A DNA stretch of 64,000 nt from Candidatus Neptunichlamydia sp. (GCA_965233865.1 OZ247587.1:960001-1024000); one strand, 5' to 3'; shown: positions 53,086 through 63,908, counted from the first letter of the stretch. Numbers and translations are program-made. The notes: generated from the sequence alone by a model not told the origin.

Positions 53086-54252
53086 TTATTGAAAATTCTC
53101 CAGGTAATGCTTAACTTCAGCTAGGAAGCCGCAACCATACATCCCGTCTATCACACGATGATCAATGGATAGCGAGAGGTTCATCATCGAACGAATCGCC
53201 ACACTATCATCCTCTAAGGCAATCACTTTTTTGTTAATCGCCCCAACACCAAGAATAGCGACTTCTGGCTGGCGGATGATAGGGGTTCCGATTAAAACTC
53301 CTGACATTCCAAAGTTGGTCATCGTAAAGGTCCCCTCCTTGACTTGATCTGGCTTTAACTTCCCCTTGCGAGCCTTATCAGAAAGAGAAGAGATTTCTCG
53401 AGCAATACCTTTCACTGATCGAGTATGACAATCTGCAATAATCGGGACAAGGATCCCTTGCTCAACACTTACTGCGATTCCTAGGTTGACATTCTTCTTG
53501 ATAACGATGGTATCCCCCTCTAAGGAGGCATTGATCATGGGGAATTTCAAGATCCCTTCAGTAATTGCTTTTGCAATGTAGCTGGTGATCGTGAGCTTAT
53601 ATCCATTTTCTTTTTGGAAGGATTCTTTGTTCTCCTTCAGATACTTTATGAGTTTTGTGACATCCACTTCATTCACAAGGGTTGCGTGAGGGGCTTCGTA
53701 GAAAGATCTGACCATTGCATCAGCGATCATCTTTCGCATCGTTGACATTTTTACTCTTTCTTCTCCATCTATAGATGGAATAGCAGGCGCTACAGTACGA
53801 TTTTGTAGATAACTCTCAAGGTCTTTTTTTGAAAGGCGTCCACCAGCTCCTGTCGCAGAAATATTCTCAAGCTCTGAAAGGTCAAGCCCTTTTTCTTGCG
53901 CAATTTTCAGTACAACAGGAGTAAAAAAACCTTTTTTGGAGAGTGTATCTTGAGCTTGTGTATGCGATTCAGTCGGCGTTGCGGTCGTTTCCTCAGAAAC
54001 ACTCCCTTCCTTCGTAATAATTATTGCTAAGGGATCACCGACGTCAATTTCCTGTTCAAGATCAGCCAGAATTTTTAAAACTTTTCCAGAAACAGGGGAA
54101 GGGATTTCACTATTTACTTTGTCGGTTGAAACTTCTAAAAGGGGTTCGTCAAGTTTAACTGGATCCCCAACCTTCTTAAACCACTGAACAATGGTTGCAC
54201 TGACAATACTCTCTCCCAACTTTGGAAGTTTAATTTCTACTTCATCACTCAT
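53086..54252 (-). CDS. 2-oxoacid dehydrogenase E2 dihydrolipoamide acyltransferase
   Basis: Lipoyl motif VSTDKVNSEIPSP, E3-binding TGAGGRLSKKD, catalytic DHRVIDG. Confidence 0.92.
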   Translation of the reverse strand: MSDEVEIKLPKLGESIVSATIVQWFKKVGDPVKLDEPLLEVSTDKVNSEIPSPVSGKVLKILADLEQEIDVGDPLAIIITKEGSVSEETTATPTESHTQAQDTLSKKGFFTPVVLKIAQEKGLDLSELENISATGAGGRLSKKDLESYLQNRTVAPAIPSIDGEERVKMSTMRKMIADAMVRSFYEAPHATLVNEVDVTKLIKYLKENKESFQKENGYKLTITSYIAKAITEGILKFPMINASLEGDTIVIKKNVNLGIAVSVEQGILVPIIADCHTRSVKGIAREISSLSDKARKGKLKPDQVKEGTFTMTNFGMSGVLIGTPIIRQPEVAILGVGAINKKVIALEDDSVAIRSMMNLSLSIDHRVIDGMYGCGFLAEVKHYLENFQ

Positions 54253-54255
54253 CTT

Positions 54256-55473
54256 CTACTCCAGCCAAGTCACTGCATGGTATTGTTTTTCATCGATTTG
54301 ATTTTCTTTCTTCGCTATGAAGACCGCCGCAACAGCATCCCCAAGAACGTTTACAACAGAGGAGACCATTTCACGAAGGCGATCAACGCCTGCAACGAGT
54401 GCAATTCCTTCAAGGGGAAGTCCCATTGCATTTAACACAACAGAAAGCATGACAATTCCTGTTCCGGGAATTCCTGCCGCACCGATGGCCGAAACTAGAG
54501 AGACAAAGATCAAGATCAAGACCTTAACAGCAGTGATTTCAATCCCGTAAGCCTGAGCAATAAAAATCGCTGAGATTGCCTGTCCAATTGCGGCTCCGTT
54601 CATGTTAATGGTCGAACCTAGCGAAAGTACAAACCCCGAAATATCTGGGGAAAGACCTAAATGGTTCCGCGCACAATCTAAAGATACTGGCAGAGTCGCT
54701 GAACTACTGCTGGTTGTAAAGGCCAAAACAATGGCATCTTTCATACCCTTAAAGAACGGCGCAACTCTGAGCTTTATAATATAGCGGAGGGTTAAACAAA
54801 AGATAATGAAGATCTGAAGTAAGCAAGCAACATAATTGCAAAGCAAAAATTTAAATAGAGGGTAGATCACCTTAAGGCCAATGTCTCCAACAGCTGTTGC
54901 AATGAGGGCAAAGACGCCATAAGGGGCAAGCTTCATAATCGAATGTGTAAGCGAGTACATCACTTCACTGAGCGATTCTAAAAGTTCCAATACTTTCTTG
55001 CCCCGATCCCCTGCTAGGGTAATGGCAAAGGCAAAGAAGATTGAAAAGACAATAATTTGAAGAATATTCCCTTCTGCAAATGCGGCAAACGGATTTGAGG
55101 GGACAATGGCAAATAAAAAATCTATAAGCCTCACTGTTTGTGTCGTTTGAAGATGATTTTCTGGAATTGGAAGGCCGAGACCTGCGCCAGGTTTAAAAAC
55201 AAAAACCAAGAGAAGGCCAAACCCAATTGCAATGATCGTTGTTGCAGCGTAGAAAAGGATGGTTCGAATTCCAATCCTTCCTAATTTCTTGGGGTCACTG
55301 ATGTGACACATCCCGACAACCAACGATGAAAAGACGATTAGACCTACAAGCATTTTCAATAGATCGATAAAGGCCTTTCCGACCCGTTCTAGAATATCAA
55401 CTTTATGTCCTAACACAAGACCTGCAATCACGCCAAGAATAAGACCGATAATAATTTTAATCCACGGCTTCAA
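54256..55473 (-). CDS. dicarboxylate/amino acid:cation symporter (DAACS), paralogue 1
   Basis: PSNPFAAF, AFTTSSSSATLP, TINMNGA, GAAGIPG, NVLGD. Confidence 0.93.
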   Translation of the reverse strand: MKPWIKIIIGLILGVIAGLVLGHKVDILERVGKAFIDLLKMLVGLIVFSSLVVGMCHISDPKKLGRIGIRTILFYAATTIIAIGFGLLLVFVFKPGAGLGLPIPENHLQTTQTVRLIDFLFAIVPSNPFAAFAEGNILQIIVFSIFFAFAITLAGDRGKKVLELLESLSEVMYSLTHSIMKLAPYGVFALIATAVGDIGLKVIYPLFKFLLCNYVACLLQIFIIFCLTLRYIIKLRVAPFFKGMKDAIVLAFTTSSSSATLPVSLDCARNHLGLSPDISGFVLSLGSTINMNGAAIGQAISAIFIAQAYGIEITAVKVLILIFVSLVSAIGAAGIPGTGIVMLSVVLNAMGLPLEGIALVAGVDRLREMVSSVVNVLGDAVAAVFIAKKENQIDEKQYHAVTWLE

Positions 55474-56567
55474 AAAACCTCCCCTTCAGGAGTCAATGCC
55501 CCGATCCTCGATAAGAGGGTCTCATAGCGCTCTTCACCAGTGACCACTTCCATTTCTGCTTTCAAATATCCAAGAGGGATCGGAAGTTCTTGATCCATTG
55601 GAAGTTTTACCCAATCTTTTTCAGAACAGATAATGATATCGCATCCTTTTTCAGCACATTTTTGTGCAAAAAGGCTAAGAGCATCACCCGTTGGTCCTAC
55701 ATGGTCAAGGAGGATCCATTTTTCAACAACTGTCCCGCCCATCTCTAAAACGGTATTTACAAAAGAGTCAGGTTTACCAAGGCCGCAGAAAATACCAATC
55801 CTTTGATCTTTTAAATCCCGAAAATGATCGCCACATTGAGTCTCTACTTCTTTTGGAACCATTCGTGTGCCAACAACCGGTGCATCTGTCCACTTTGCAA
55901 CTTCTTTTTCTGCAGCATGGAAATGATTTAAATCATGAACATGATTAACCACGACACAATCAGCCCTCTCGAGCCTTTTGGGAGAATCCCGAAGGTATCC
56001 CCTTGGAAGATAAAAGCCTTTTCCATATAAATCGTCCCCATGGAGCATGACAATTTCAACATCCCGGTAAAGGCTACGATATTGCATTCCATCATCTAAG
56101 AGAATAAGATCTGCTTCATGGTAAACAGCCCGCTCGGCATTAAGCACTCGATCTTTTCCCACAAACAAAACTGCTTCCGGCAATGATTTGAAAAGGAGAT
56201 AGGCTTCGTCGCCACAGACTTCTGGAGTAATTCTAGATTGTTCTACGAGATGAAGGCTTCCACCCACCTTTTCAATTTGAGAACGGTACCCTCGCGAAAG
56301 GATAGAAATTTTTCCAAATTTTTTAAGATCTTTTGCTATGCGTTGAATAAATGCTGTTTTCCCCGTGCCTCCAGCAATGATATTTCCAATGCTAACCACA
56401 GGAACAGTCACTCGCTTCTCTTTAATCCACTGCCTATCAAATGCCATATTGCGAAGCTTGATTCCTATTTCAAAAAAGCCACTCATTGCATAAAGTACTC
56501 CTTTAAGAAAGGCCCCTTTTCGACGTCCCTCAATCACATCAATAATGAATGATTGGGCTGCTGTCAT
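55470..56567 (-). CDS. lpxK: tetraacyldisaccharide 4'-kinase
   Basis: SIGNIIAGGTGKT, ILSRGY, GDEA, LLDDGMQY, PRGYLRD, SEKDWVKL. Confidence 0.93.
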   Translation of the reverse strand: MTAAQSFIIDVIEGRRKGAFLKGVLYAMSGFFEIGIKLRNMAFDRQWIKEKRVTVPVVSIGNIIAGGTGKTAFIQRIAKDLKKFGKISILSRGYRSQIEKVGGSLHLVEQSRITPEVCGDEAYLLFKSLPEAVLFVGKDRVLNAERAVYHEADLILLDDGMQYRSLYRDVEIVMLHGDDLYGKGFYLPRGYLRDSPKRLERADCVVVNHVHDLNHFHAAEKEVAKWTDAPVVGTRMVPKEVETQCGDHFRDLKDQRIGIFCGLGKPDSFVNTVLEMGGTVVEKWILLDHVGPTGDALSLFAQKCAEKGCDIIICSEKDWVKLPMDQELPIPLGYLKAEMEVVTGEERYETLLSRIGALTPEGEVF

Positions 56568-57178
56568 AGGTTTGCTCCTACACTCTGAATTTCTATTTCC
56601 TCCACAGGAAAGAAAAGCTCCTGCTCCACCATTTCTATGATAATATGGATGGCAGCCATGTGAGCCTCTTGAATGCGATCGGAGTATTCAAATCCTGAGA
56701 CAATCCATTCAAAATCCCCCATTCCTTTGAGGGTTCCACCCGTCTTCCCTAAAAAGGTAATAACCTGAAGATTTTTTTCTTTTGCAACTGTCGTTGCACG
56801 GACTAAATTTTCAGAGTTTCCGCTAGTGCTTAATGCAATAAAAAGATCCCCATGGTTTCCATGGGCTTCAATTCCCCTAGAAAAAATTTCGCTGAATCCC
56901 GTGTCGTTTCCGACACAAGTCAGGTGACCAGGATCAGCAAGGGCTATAGCAGGAAGCGCAGGGCGTTTTTTTCGAAAATATCCTGTTAGCTCTTCTGCAA
57001 AATGCATCGCATCGCATAGGCTTCCTCCATTTCCTGCAATAAGGAGTTTTCCCCCATTTTTAAAGCAGTCAATGATTGCCCAAGCAGCACTTTCAATAAA
57101 CTTTAGCCCTTCTGAAGATCGAAGCGATTCCATCGCTTCAACCCCTTTTTTTACAGATTTCCATATCGCGTCTTGCAA
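56564..57178 (-). CDS. gmhA: D-sedoheptulose 7-phosphate isomerase
   Basis: GNGGSLCDAMHFAEEL, TCVGND, LSTSGNSEN, SDRIQEAH. Confidence 0.93.
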   Translation of the reverse strand: MQDAIWKSVKKGVEAMESLRSSEGLKFIESAAWAIIDCFKNGGKLLIAGNGGSLCDAMHFAEELTGYFRKKRPALPAIALADPGHLTCVGNDTGFSEIFSRGIEAHGNHGDLFIALSTSGNSENLVRATTVAKEKNLQVITFLGKTGGTLKGMGDFEWIVSGFEYSDRIQEAHMAAIHIIIEMVEQELFFPVEEIEIQSVGANL

Positions 57179-57486
57179 GTTGGCCTCAAATACGTTCTTC
57201 CATTAAGTAAGAAAGTCTAACGCATTCAGAGATAAAAATCTAGTCGAGCTGGATCGCGTTACCTTAAGGTTAGTTATAAAAAGGAGTAAATGTGTTCCTC
57301 AAACCACACCAGGCTTTGAGAAAAAAATTGGTGGTTACAGTCATCCAATCGTAAATAAGCTGTTTAGAGAATGGAAGAATGGCGATTTCAAAATCCTTAA
57401 TAAGGGTATCTGTTACTTGTTGACGGGTATCACATGCATGATTATTTTCAAGATCGAGAAATGAAGAGGAGAAATCGGGTTAAAAG

Positions 57487-57516
57487 AAGAGAAGGCTTTT
57501 AAAAAAGCCTTCTCTT
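57487..57516. terminator. hairpin downstream of the RRM gene
   Basis: AAGAGAAGGCTTT/AAAGCCTTCTCTT inverted repeat. Confidence 0.65.
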
Positions 57517-57557
57517 AAGACAGACAAGATAAATTTCTATAGGTAAGTCCTAAGGGG

Positions 57558-57833
57558 TTATCTTGGTCCACCGCCATGAGGCGCACGACGTTGTTGCTCT
57601 TTAGCTTCATTTACAACAAGAGCTCGCCCGTGGAACTCTTTTTCATGAAGATCTTGCATCGCTTTTTCTCCACCTTCACATGATTCCATTTCAACAAAAC
57701 CGAATCCGCGAGACTGTCCAGTTTCTTTGTCTTTAATAATTTTTAGGCTCTTGACTTCACCACATTCTGAAAAAGCAGTATGTAGTTCTTCTTCTGAGCA
57801 TTCACGTGCAATGTTAGCAACAAATAGTTTCAT
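57558..57833 (-). CDS. RRM-domain RNA-binding protein
   Basis: RNP2 KLFVANI, RNP1 RGFGFVEM, GRALVVNEAK. Confidence 0.92.
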   Translation of the reverse strand: MKLFVANIARECSEEELHTAFSECGEVKSLKIIKDKETGQSRGFGFVEMESCEGGEKAMQDLHEKEFHGRALVVNEAKEQQRRAPHGGGPR

Positions 57834-57848
57834 AGTATCTTCCTATAT

Positions 57849-59063
57849 TTATTCGATCCAGGTGACCGTATGGTACTTGGTTTCATCAATTTGATTTTCT
57901 TTCTTAGCGACGTAAACCGCCGCTACAGCGTCTCCTAGTATATTCACAACCGTTGCAAACATATCTCGAAGACGGTCAATTCCAGCGACTAAGGCTATCC
58001 CTTCCAAGGGAAGACCCATCGCATTTAGTACGATTGAGAGCATCACCAAACCACTTCCTGGAATTCCTGCCGTACCTACGGCAGAGACTAGAGTTGTAAA
58101 CATCAAAATTATGATGTTGGTAAAGCTGACATCGATTCCATATGCTTGAGCAATAAAAATCGCCAGCACAGACTGTCCTATAGCCGTCCCATTCATATTA
58201 ATGGTCGAGCCTAGGGATAGAACAAACCCCGAAATATCCGGAGAAATCCCTAAATGGTCCCGAGCACACTCTAAGTTGACCGGGAGGGTCGCAGAGCTAC
58301 TACTCGTAGTAAACGCCACAATAATAGCATCTTTCATCCCTTTAAAGAAAGGAGCAATCTCAAGCTTTGCTAAATACCTGAGAGAGAGTGTAAAAATAAT
58401 TGAAACTTGCATTAAACAGGCAATAAAAATACATCCAATCGTCCAAAATAGAGGGAGAATGATTTTAGAGCCCAGGGCCCCTACAGCCGTTGCCATCAGA
58501 GCAAAAACCCCATAAGGGGCAAATTTCATCACTACATGGGTCAGTTTTGCCATCACCTCACTAAGGGATTCAATGAACCCAAGAACAGGCTTTGCCTTCT
58601 CCCCTGCTAAGCTAATCGCTAGAGCAAAGAGGATCGCAAACACAATAATCTGTAAAATATTTCCTTCAGCAAAAGCTGCAAAGGGATTTGAAGGGACGAT
58701 GGCAAATAAAAAATCTATTAAGCTGAGGGTGCTATCGCCTCCATGACCACTCGGAATAGGGATTCCTAAGTGCATTCCAGGCCTTACAGTCAAAACAATC
58801 GCTAAGCCAATACAAATCGCTACAATCGTTGTTGCCACATAAAAGAGCACCGTTCGAAGTCCAATTCTCCCTAGCTTCTTAGGATCACTAATATGGCACA
58901 TTCCCACAACAAGCGAAGAAAAGACAATTAAACCCACAAGCATTTTAAGAAGGTCAATAAATGCCTTCCCAACCATCGACAGAATTTCCACCTGCTTGTT
59001 TAAAATCAAGCCAGTGATTACCCCAAGAGCGAGCCCAATTAAAATTTTAAGCCAAGGTTTCAT
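57849..59063 (-). CDS. dicarboxylate/amino acid:cation symporter (DAACS), paralogue 2
   Basis: Same motifs as 54256-55473; TINMNGT, DRLRDMFATVVNILGD. Confidence 0.93.
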   Translation of the reverse strand: MKPWLKILIGLALGVITGLILNKQVEILSMVGKAFIDLLKMLVGLIVFSSLVVGMCHISDPKKLGRIGLRTVLFYVATTIVAICIGLAIVLTVRPGMHLGIPIPSGHGGDSTLSLIDFLFAIVPSNPFAAFAEGNILQIIVFAILFALAISLAGEKAKPVLGFIESLSEVMAKLTHVVMKFAPYGVFALMATAVGALGSKIILPLFWTIGCIFIACLMQVSIIFTLSLRYLAKLEIAPFFKGMKDAIIVAFTTSSSSATLPVNLECARDHLGISPDISGFVLSLGSTINMNGTAIGQSVLAIFIAQAYGIDVSFTNIIILMFTTLVSAVGTAGIPGSGLVMLSIVLNAMGLPLEGIALVAGIDRLRDMFATVVNILGDAVAAVYVAKKENQIDETKYHTVTWIE

Positions 59064-59589
59064 CGTGATGCGTTACTATATTTGTTCATGATTCATATGT
59101 CCTTTATAAGGTGGAAAAGAGTCTCTAACGAGGACCTGTTGAAAAGATCTCTACAAAGGTATCCAGATTCCTCTGAAAAGTCTCCTTATAAACACCTATT
59201 TGGTGAAAAATGGTAAGCATCTGCCGCTTTCTCCCATTGAAGAATTATAATTTCACTCGAGTATAGCTGATTCTACAAAAAAAATCTAGAAAAGGCGCAA
59301 GTAAACGCTTGCGCACTTAAAAAATAACAAGTCATTAGAAACGGCACTGGTAACTTCTCGGGGCAAATCTAAGAGAGTTTGAGTACTCCCTTTCATCCTC
59401 TTTTTAGACCCCTCGGATTTTGACAAAATCCTCAAAGGTAATTGCCTCGCCTGCCCATCCTAATGACTGCACAGAAGCTCCCCCATGCTAGAAGTTGTAG
59501 GCTCACCCAATGGTAGATAACCTCTTTACTTCCTAAAGCTCTGTCTAACTCTTTTATCCTAAGTTGACTTCGAAGTATAAACAGACGTT

Positions 59590-60402
59590 TTAGGCGCGCT
59601 GACGGAGGACTTCATAGAGAAGAAGGGTAGTTGCAGTGGCAACATTTAAGGAGTCAGCTGCGCCGTGCATGGGGATACTGACTTGAATATCTGATTGCTC
59701 CATCCACCTTTTAGAAAGCCCAAACTGTTCGGTCCCTACAGCCACGGCAATGGGGCCGGTCAAATCGGTTTTTGTAAAAGAGGCTGGAGCAGCGGGCGTT
59801 GCTGCTACAGTTTTAATCTTGTGATCTTTTAGCCACTCGATCGCTTCCTCGCTACTGACTTCAACAACGGTCATGGTAAATAGCGTTCCCACGCTTGCAC
59901 GTACAACATTGGGGTTGAAGATATCGGTGCATCGGTCGCATATGAGAAGGGCGTCAACACCTGCTGCATCACATGAGCGGAGAATCGTTCCCAAGTTCCC
60001 TGGTTTTTCAATGGATTCTGCGATCAAAAAAAATGGAGGATGATCTTTTGAAATCTTATAATCGAGATCTTGCAGAGATAGGTGCGTTTGCGTTGCAATA
60101 GCTAAGAGGCCGTCGGGGCGATCGCGATAAGACATCTTTTCAAAGACCACTTTACTCACCTCCATGACTTCGACTCCCTGCCCTCGAATTTTTTCGATCA
60201 ATGCAGATTCATTGGTCCCCAAAAAATGCTCTGGAGAAAAAAATAGCCCGACAAGAGGAATCCCACCTTGAGTGCCGCGCAAAAGCTCGCGGTACCCTTC
60301 AATCAAAAAGGACTGTGAGCGATCTCTTTCTCTTTTATCGCGCAGCTTGACGGCTTGCTTAACTCGCGGATTCTGCAGGCTGGTAATAACCCAACTTTTC
60401 AT
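59590..60402 (-). CDS. TrmH/SpoU-family RNA methyltransferase
   Basis: ITSLQNPRVK, EKPGNLGTILRS, GTEQFGL, IPMHGAADSLNVA. Confidence 0.92.
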   Translation of the reverse strand: MKSWVITSLQNPRVKQAVKLRDKRERDRSQSFLIEGYRELLRGTQGGIPLVGLFFSPEHFLGTNESALIEKIRGQGVEVMEVSKVVFEKMSYRDRPDGLLAIATQTHLSLQDLDYKISKDHPPFFLIAESIEKPGNLGTILRSCDAAGVDALLICDRCTDIFNPNVVRASVGTLFTMTVVEVSSEEAIEWLKDHKIKTVAATPAAPASFTKTDLTGPIAVAVGTEQFGLSKRWMEQSDIQVSIPMHGAADSLNVATATTLLLYEVLRQRA

Positions 60403-60686
60403 TTCTTCCGTCCATGTCTTTTAAATTTTTGAGCTCGTGCGGGGTTTGAATCCATAAAGCTCTCCCTCTTGAGCGCCCGTGTGGCTTTTTTCTTGGTTGT
60501 AAATGATAGCATAGTCCTAAAATAATTCTAAGGCATTCCTTTGATCTCTGCTATTTATGCTCACACAGAAGGAGTTAACCTACGCGCCGCAGGACGCTTA
60601 GTAAAGAGGATCGTTCCGACAATAGCATCTTGAAAATCGAAGGTCTATAAGCTGAGTGAGCAGTTAGATTGTGGGGCGTCAGTAAA

Positions 60687-61508
60687 TCAAGAGTAACTAC
60701 ATCCTCTTGAGTAACAGCCAGTTGGGAGTGAATATGAAGTGGTAGAAGGGATGAGCATTTCACCGGAATCTAGAGAGAGATCGGGAAAGTAATCTTCAAG
60801 AAGATACTGGAGTACTTTTGGAGTGAGCCCCGGAGTATGACAGGTGAGGAGAATAAAGGAGGGCTTGGGTTTGAGGACTTGTTTGCAGAGGGAAAGGAGC
60901 TCGGGAAGATCGTTTTCAATTTTAAAAACTTGACCCTGTGCGCCTCGCCCAAAACTGGGGGGATCAAGGAGAAGCCCATCATAAGTTCGATTCCGCTTCA
61001 CTTCTCGCTTCAAAAATTTTAAGGCGTCATCAACGATCCAGCGAACCGATGATTTCTCTAGGTTGTTGAGTTTTGCATTTTCTCGAGCCCAATCGATCAT
61101 TCCTTTAGAAGCATCGAGATGGCAAACGTTGTGTCCTTGCTTTGCTAGGTGAAGGGTTGCAGCGCCAGAATATGCAAACAAATTCAGCACTTCTGAGGGT
61201 TTAGAAAGTTTTTCATCCATCCAATCCCAATGCTGCGCATGCTCAGGGAAAAGGCCAAGATGACCAAAGTCAGTCGGGACGATTTTAAAAGTGAGGTTTT
61301 TGTAATCAAGATTCCACAATTTTGGAATCCCTTTCCAATCTTTTCTTCTCTTAAAGGTCGCGTGCGCTCCTTTCCAAAGTTTGGGTGTTTTTGGCTTCCA
61401 AAGGGCTTGAGGGCAGGGACGCGCAAGGGTGTAGTCCCCAAATTGCTCGAGTTTTTGTTCGTTGCCACTATCGATTAAAGCATAATTCATAAAAAGGGCT
61501 CTATACAA
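60687..61508 (-). CDS. class I SAM-dependent methyltransferase (RlmI/RlmK-like)
   Basis: GLFPEH, VLNLFAYSG, LDPPSFGRG; true start may be MNYALID. Confidence 0.85.
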   Translation of the reverse strand: MYRALFMNYALIDSGNEQKLEQFGDYTLARPCPQALWKPKTPKLWKGAHATFKRRKDWKGIPKLWNLDYKNLTFKIVPTDFGHLGLFPEHAQHWDWMDEKLSKPSEVLNLFAYSGAATLHLAKQGHNVCHLDASKGMIDWARENAKLNNLEKSSVRWIVDDALKFLKREVKRNRTYDGLLLDPPSFGRGAQGQVFKIENDLPELLSLCKQVLKPKPSFILLTCHTPGLTPKVLQYLLEDYFPDLSLDSGEMLIPSTTSYSLPTGCYSRGCSYS

Positions 61509-62710
61509 TAGTTTAAGTAGCGATAAAGCGAGGCGAGGAGGTAGGTCACAGAATAGTCAATAATGAGCACTCTCTTTCCTACTGAGTGTTTGATAGGAAG
61601 GCGGCCCGTAAATGTTTTTTCGGGAGTAACGATTGCCATCCAAACAGTTCCCACGGGTTTATCGGAAGTTCCCCCAGAGGGCCCCGCAATGCCTGAGGTG
61701 GCCAGGACATAGTCAGCTCCCGTGAGACGCTTTACTCCCCTTGCCATTTTAATCACAACTTCTTGGCTCACCGCCCCGTGGATTTTTAGAGCTTCCGAGG
61801 AAACACCAAGAGCTGATTCTTTGAGGTGGTTGGAGTATGAAACAATGCTTCCTAAAAAGTAATCAGACGATCCTGCATGAGCTGTAAGCGTAGATGCAAT
61901 TTTTCCTCCAGTACACGATTCTCCTGCTGCAAGCGTCTTTTTATTATCGATCATCCATTTGTGGAGAGCGACTTCAATTTTCTTGTTAGATGTGGAATAA
62001 ACATGCATTCGAAATTTTCCGGCAATTTTATCGTGAATAGGGGGAAGGATCTTTGCATCTTCAGCATGAAGGTAAACGGAAAGAACTCCATGACTCGGGC
62101 AAATCCCGATTTGCACCTCAGGATACTCTTTTTCTAAAGTACGCAGGTAAGGATCGACTTGTTGCTCGGAAAGAAGTGCTAGGTAGAGAGTTACAATGGC
62201 ATGTTTCTTCAGTGATTGTTTTTCTAAGTGAGCCACAACGAACCCAAGCATGGATTCCATTTGGGAAGGCACTCCTGGAAGAACCATTGTTGTCGCTTTT
62301 CCTTCGAGAATGAATCCAGGTGCGGTCCCTAGTGTATTTGAAATAATCGTTGCCCCTTTAGGAACCATTGCCTGATCTTTTAATGTGGGGAGATTCAAGC
62401 CGAATCGCTCGATCAAATCAGCAGCGAGCCCCTCATTGTAGAAAAGAGAGGCCCCATAGATTTCAGCAATGATATCGCGCGTCAAATCGTCCCCGGTGGG
62501 GCCAAGCCCTCCAGAGGTAATCAAAAAGGAAGAGCGTTTCATCGCCTCTTCAATCCCTTCTTTCAAAAGAGCGGGGTTATCAGGAAGACAAGTGACACGA
62601 TCCACCGCAAAACCATGGCTCAAAAGCTTTTGAGAAATCACACTAGCATTGGTATTCACTGTATGTCCTGACAATAGTTCATTCCCAATGGAAAGGATTT
62701 CAATGCTCAT
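61487..62710 (-). CDS. cinA: CinA-family protein (MoCF-like domain plus PncC/NMN deamidase domain)
   Basis: IGNELLSG..VNTNA, SGGLGPTGDDLT, LPGVPSQM, GESCTGG, GAVS, SGIAGPSGG. Confidence 0.92.
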   Translation of the reverse strand: MSIEILSIGNELLSGHTVNTNASVISQKLLSHGFAVDRVTCLPDNPALLKEGIEEAMKRSSFLITSGGLGPTGDDLTRDIIAEIYGASLFYNEGLAADLIERFGLNLPTLKDQAMVPKGATIISNTLGTAPGFILEGKATTMVLPGVPSQMESMLGFVVAHLEKQSLKKHAIVTLYLALLSEQQVDPYLRTLEKEYPEVQIGICPSHGVLSVYLHAEDAKILPPIHDKIAGKFRMHVYSTSNKKIEVALHKWMIDNKKTLAAGESCTGGKIASTLTAHAGSSDYFLGSIVSYSNHLKESALGVSSEALKIHGAVSQEVVIKMARGVKRLTGADYVLATSGIAGPSGGTSDKPVGTVWMAIVTPEKTFTGRLPIKHSVGKRVLIIDYSVTYLLASLYRYLNYCIEPFL

Positions 62711-63390
62711 AATGACAGCCGGAAATGCTCAAGCTGAGGATGGGCTTTTGCCCATCCTTGAGATTGTTTCCCCAAGCGAAAGGTTGCGTTGAGTGGTTTT
62801 CCTTCAACAATAAATGGGGTCGGGGTAGTGTGGGCACGCATCCATTTCGCAAGGATTTGGAAAAGCTGTGTATTGGGATTCTCTTGGTCTTTATAAATTT
62901 CAATAAGGTCGTTATCAATAGAGTTTGAATAGAGCTGAGGATAAGAAAACTGAATCCCCCAAGTCACGGCTTCTTCTGAATGGACCATTGAGTGAAATGC
63001 TTGCTGCTGAGACGAAAAGGTAAAGTGATGAAGACTGAGTTGAATCACAGGTTCCTTTGCTTTGATAATATACTGTCCCTCTCTTGCCTTCATAGCATAG
63101 AGTGCTTGGGAATTTGCTGAAAAAGCAGCTGAAAAATAGGGTTTTAAATATTTTTCATCTGGAATGAGTCCCGCCTTAATCGTTGTAATATAATCAACAT
63201 AGCGGACAAGAAAGTCTTCAGTGGAGATCTTGGCAGATTGAAAGTCGACGAGCTCAGAGACATTGTAGATTGAGAAGGATGGAAGAGAGCTCAGCAGAGA
63301 TTGCATTTCACCAGAGTCTAGAAGAGCCCGGTGGGAAAGCCACTTAGAGGCTTGCAAGTTGCCTTCAACTTTTGGATGGCTGAGTCTCAT
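62707..63390 (-). CDS. hypothetical protein
   Basis: 227-aa ORF overlapping both lspA and cinA. Confidence 0.75.
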   Translation of the reverse strand: MRLSHPKVEGNLQASKWLSHRALLDSGEMQSLLSSLPSFSIYNVSELVDFQSAKISTEDFLVRYVDYITTIKAGLIPDEKYLKPYFSAAFSANSQALYAMKAREGQYIIKAKEPVIQLSLHHFTFSSQQQAFHSMVHSEEAVTWGIQFSYPQLYSNSIDNDLIEIYKDQENPNTQLFQILAKWMRAHTTPTPFIVEGKPLNATFRLGKQSQGWAKAHPQLEHFRLSL

Positions 63391-63904
63391 GATTAGGATC
63401 CCTCTTTACTTTTTCAATAAGCGTTTGAACTAGAAGAGCAGCAACGCCAAAGAAGATAAGCATATCAGCTACGTTAAAAACAGGGTAGGAATAGTTCCAA
63501 AAAACAAAGTGGAACATGTCAACAACAGCGCCGTATATAAAGTAATCCACAATATTTGCAGTAGCGCCTACAAGGATCATAACAAAGGGAACCGTTCGCT
63601 TGCGCAGCTTATTAAAAAAAAATGTATAAATAGTAAGCGTCAAGATAATCCCTATGCGAACATTCAAAAGGATCATAGGATAGGAGGAAAAAATTCCCCA
63701 GGCCCCCCCTCTATTGCTCACAAGATTAATACACAAGTCAATCCCAAGAAAGTTTTGAAACACCCCAATCCCTCCGTAAGGGTAAAAGGGAAATACGTAT
63801 TGCATCCTAATAAGGTGATGTTGGACCCAATATTTTGTGAATATATCGAGAGAAAAAAAACAGAGAGCTAGCAGTGTTAAAGTCCAAACTCTCCCCTTTT
63901 TCAT
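63365..63904 (-). CDS. lspA: lipoprotein signal peptidase II
   Basis: DIFTK, NRGGAWG, GATANIVD, GAVVDM, YPVFNVADM. Confidence 0.93.
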   Translation of the reverse strand: MKKGRVWTLTLLALCFFSLDIFTKYWVQHHLIRMQYVFPFYPYGGIGVFQNFLGIDLCINLVSNRGGAWGIFSSYPMILLNVRIGIILTLTIYTFFFNKLRKRTVPFVMILVGATANIVDYFIYGAVVDMFHFVFWNYSYPVFNVADMLIFFGVAALLVQTLIEKVKRDPNHETQPSKS

Positions 63905-63908
63905 CGCG

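Noticed and set aside
59070..59585. About 500-bp spacer upstream of the second DAACS gene
   Set aside because: No convincing ORF, RNA motif or repeat by eye.
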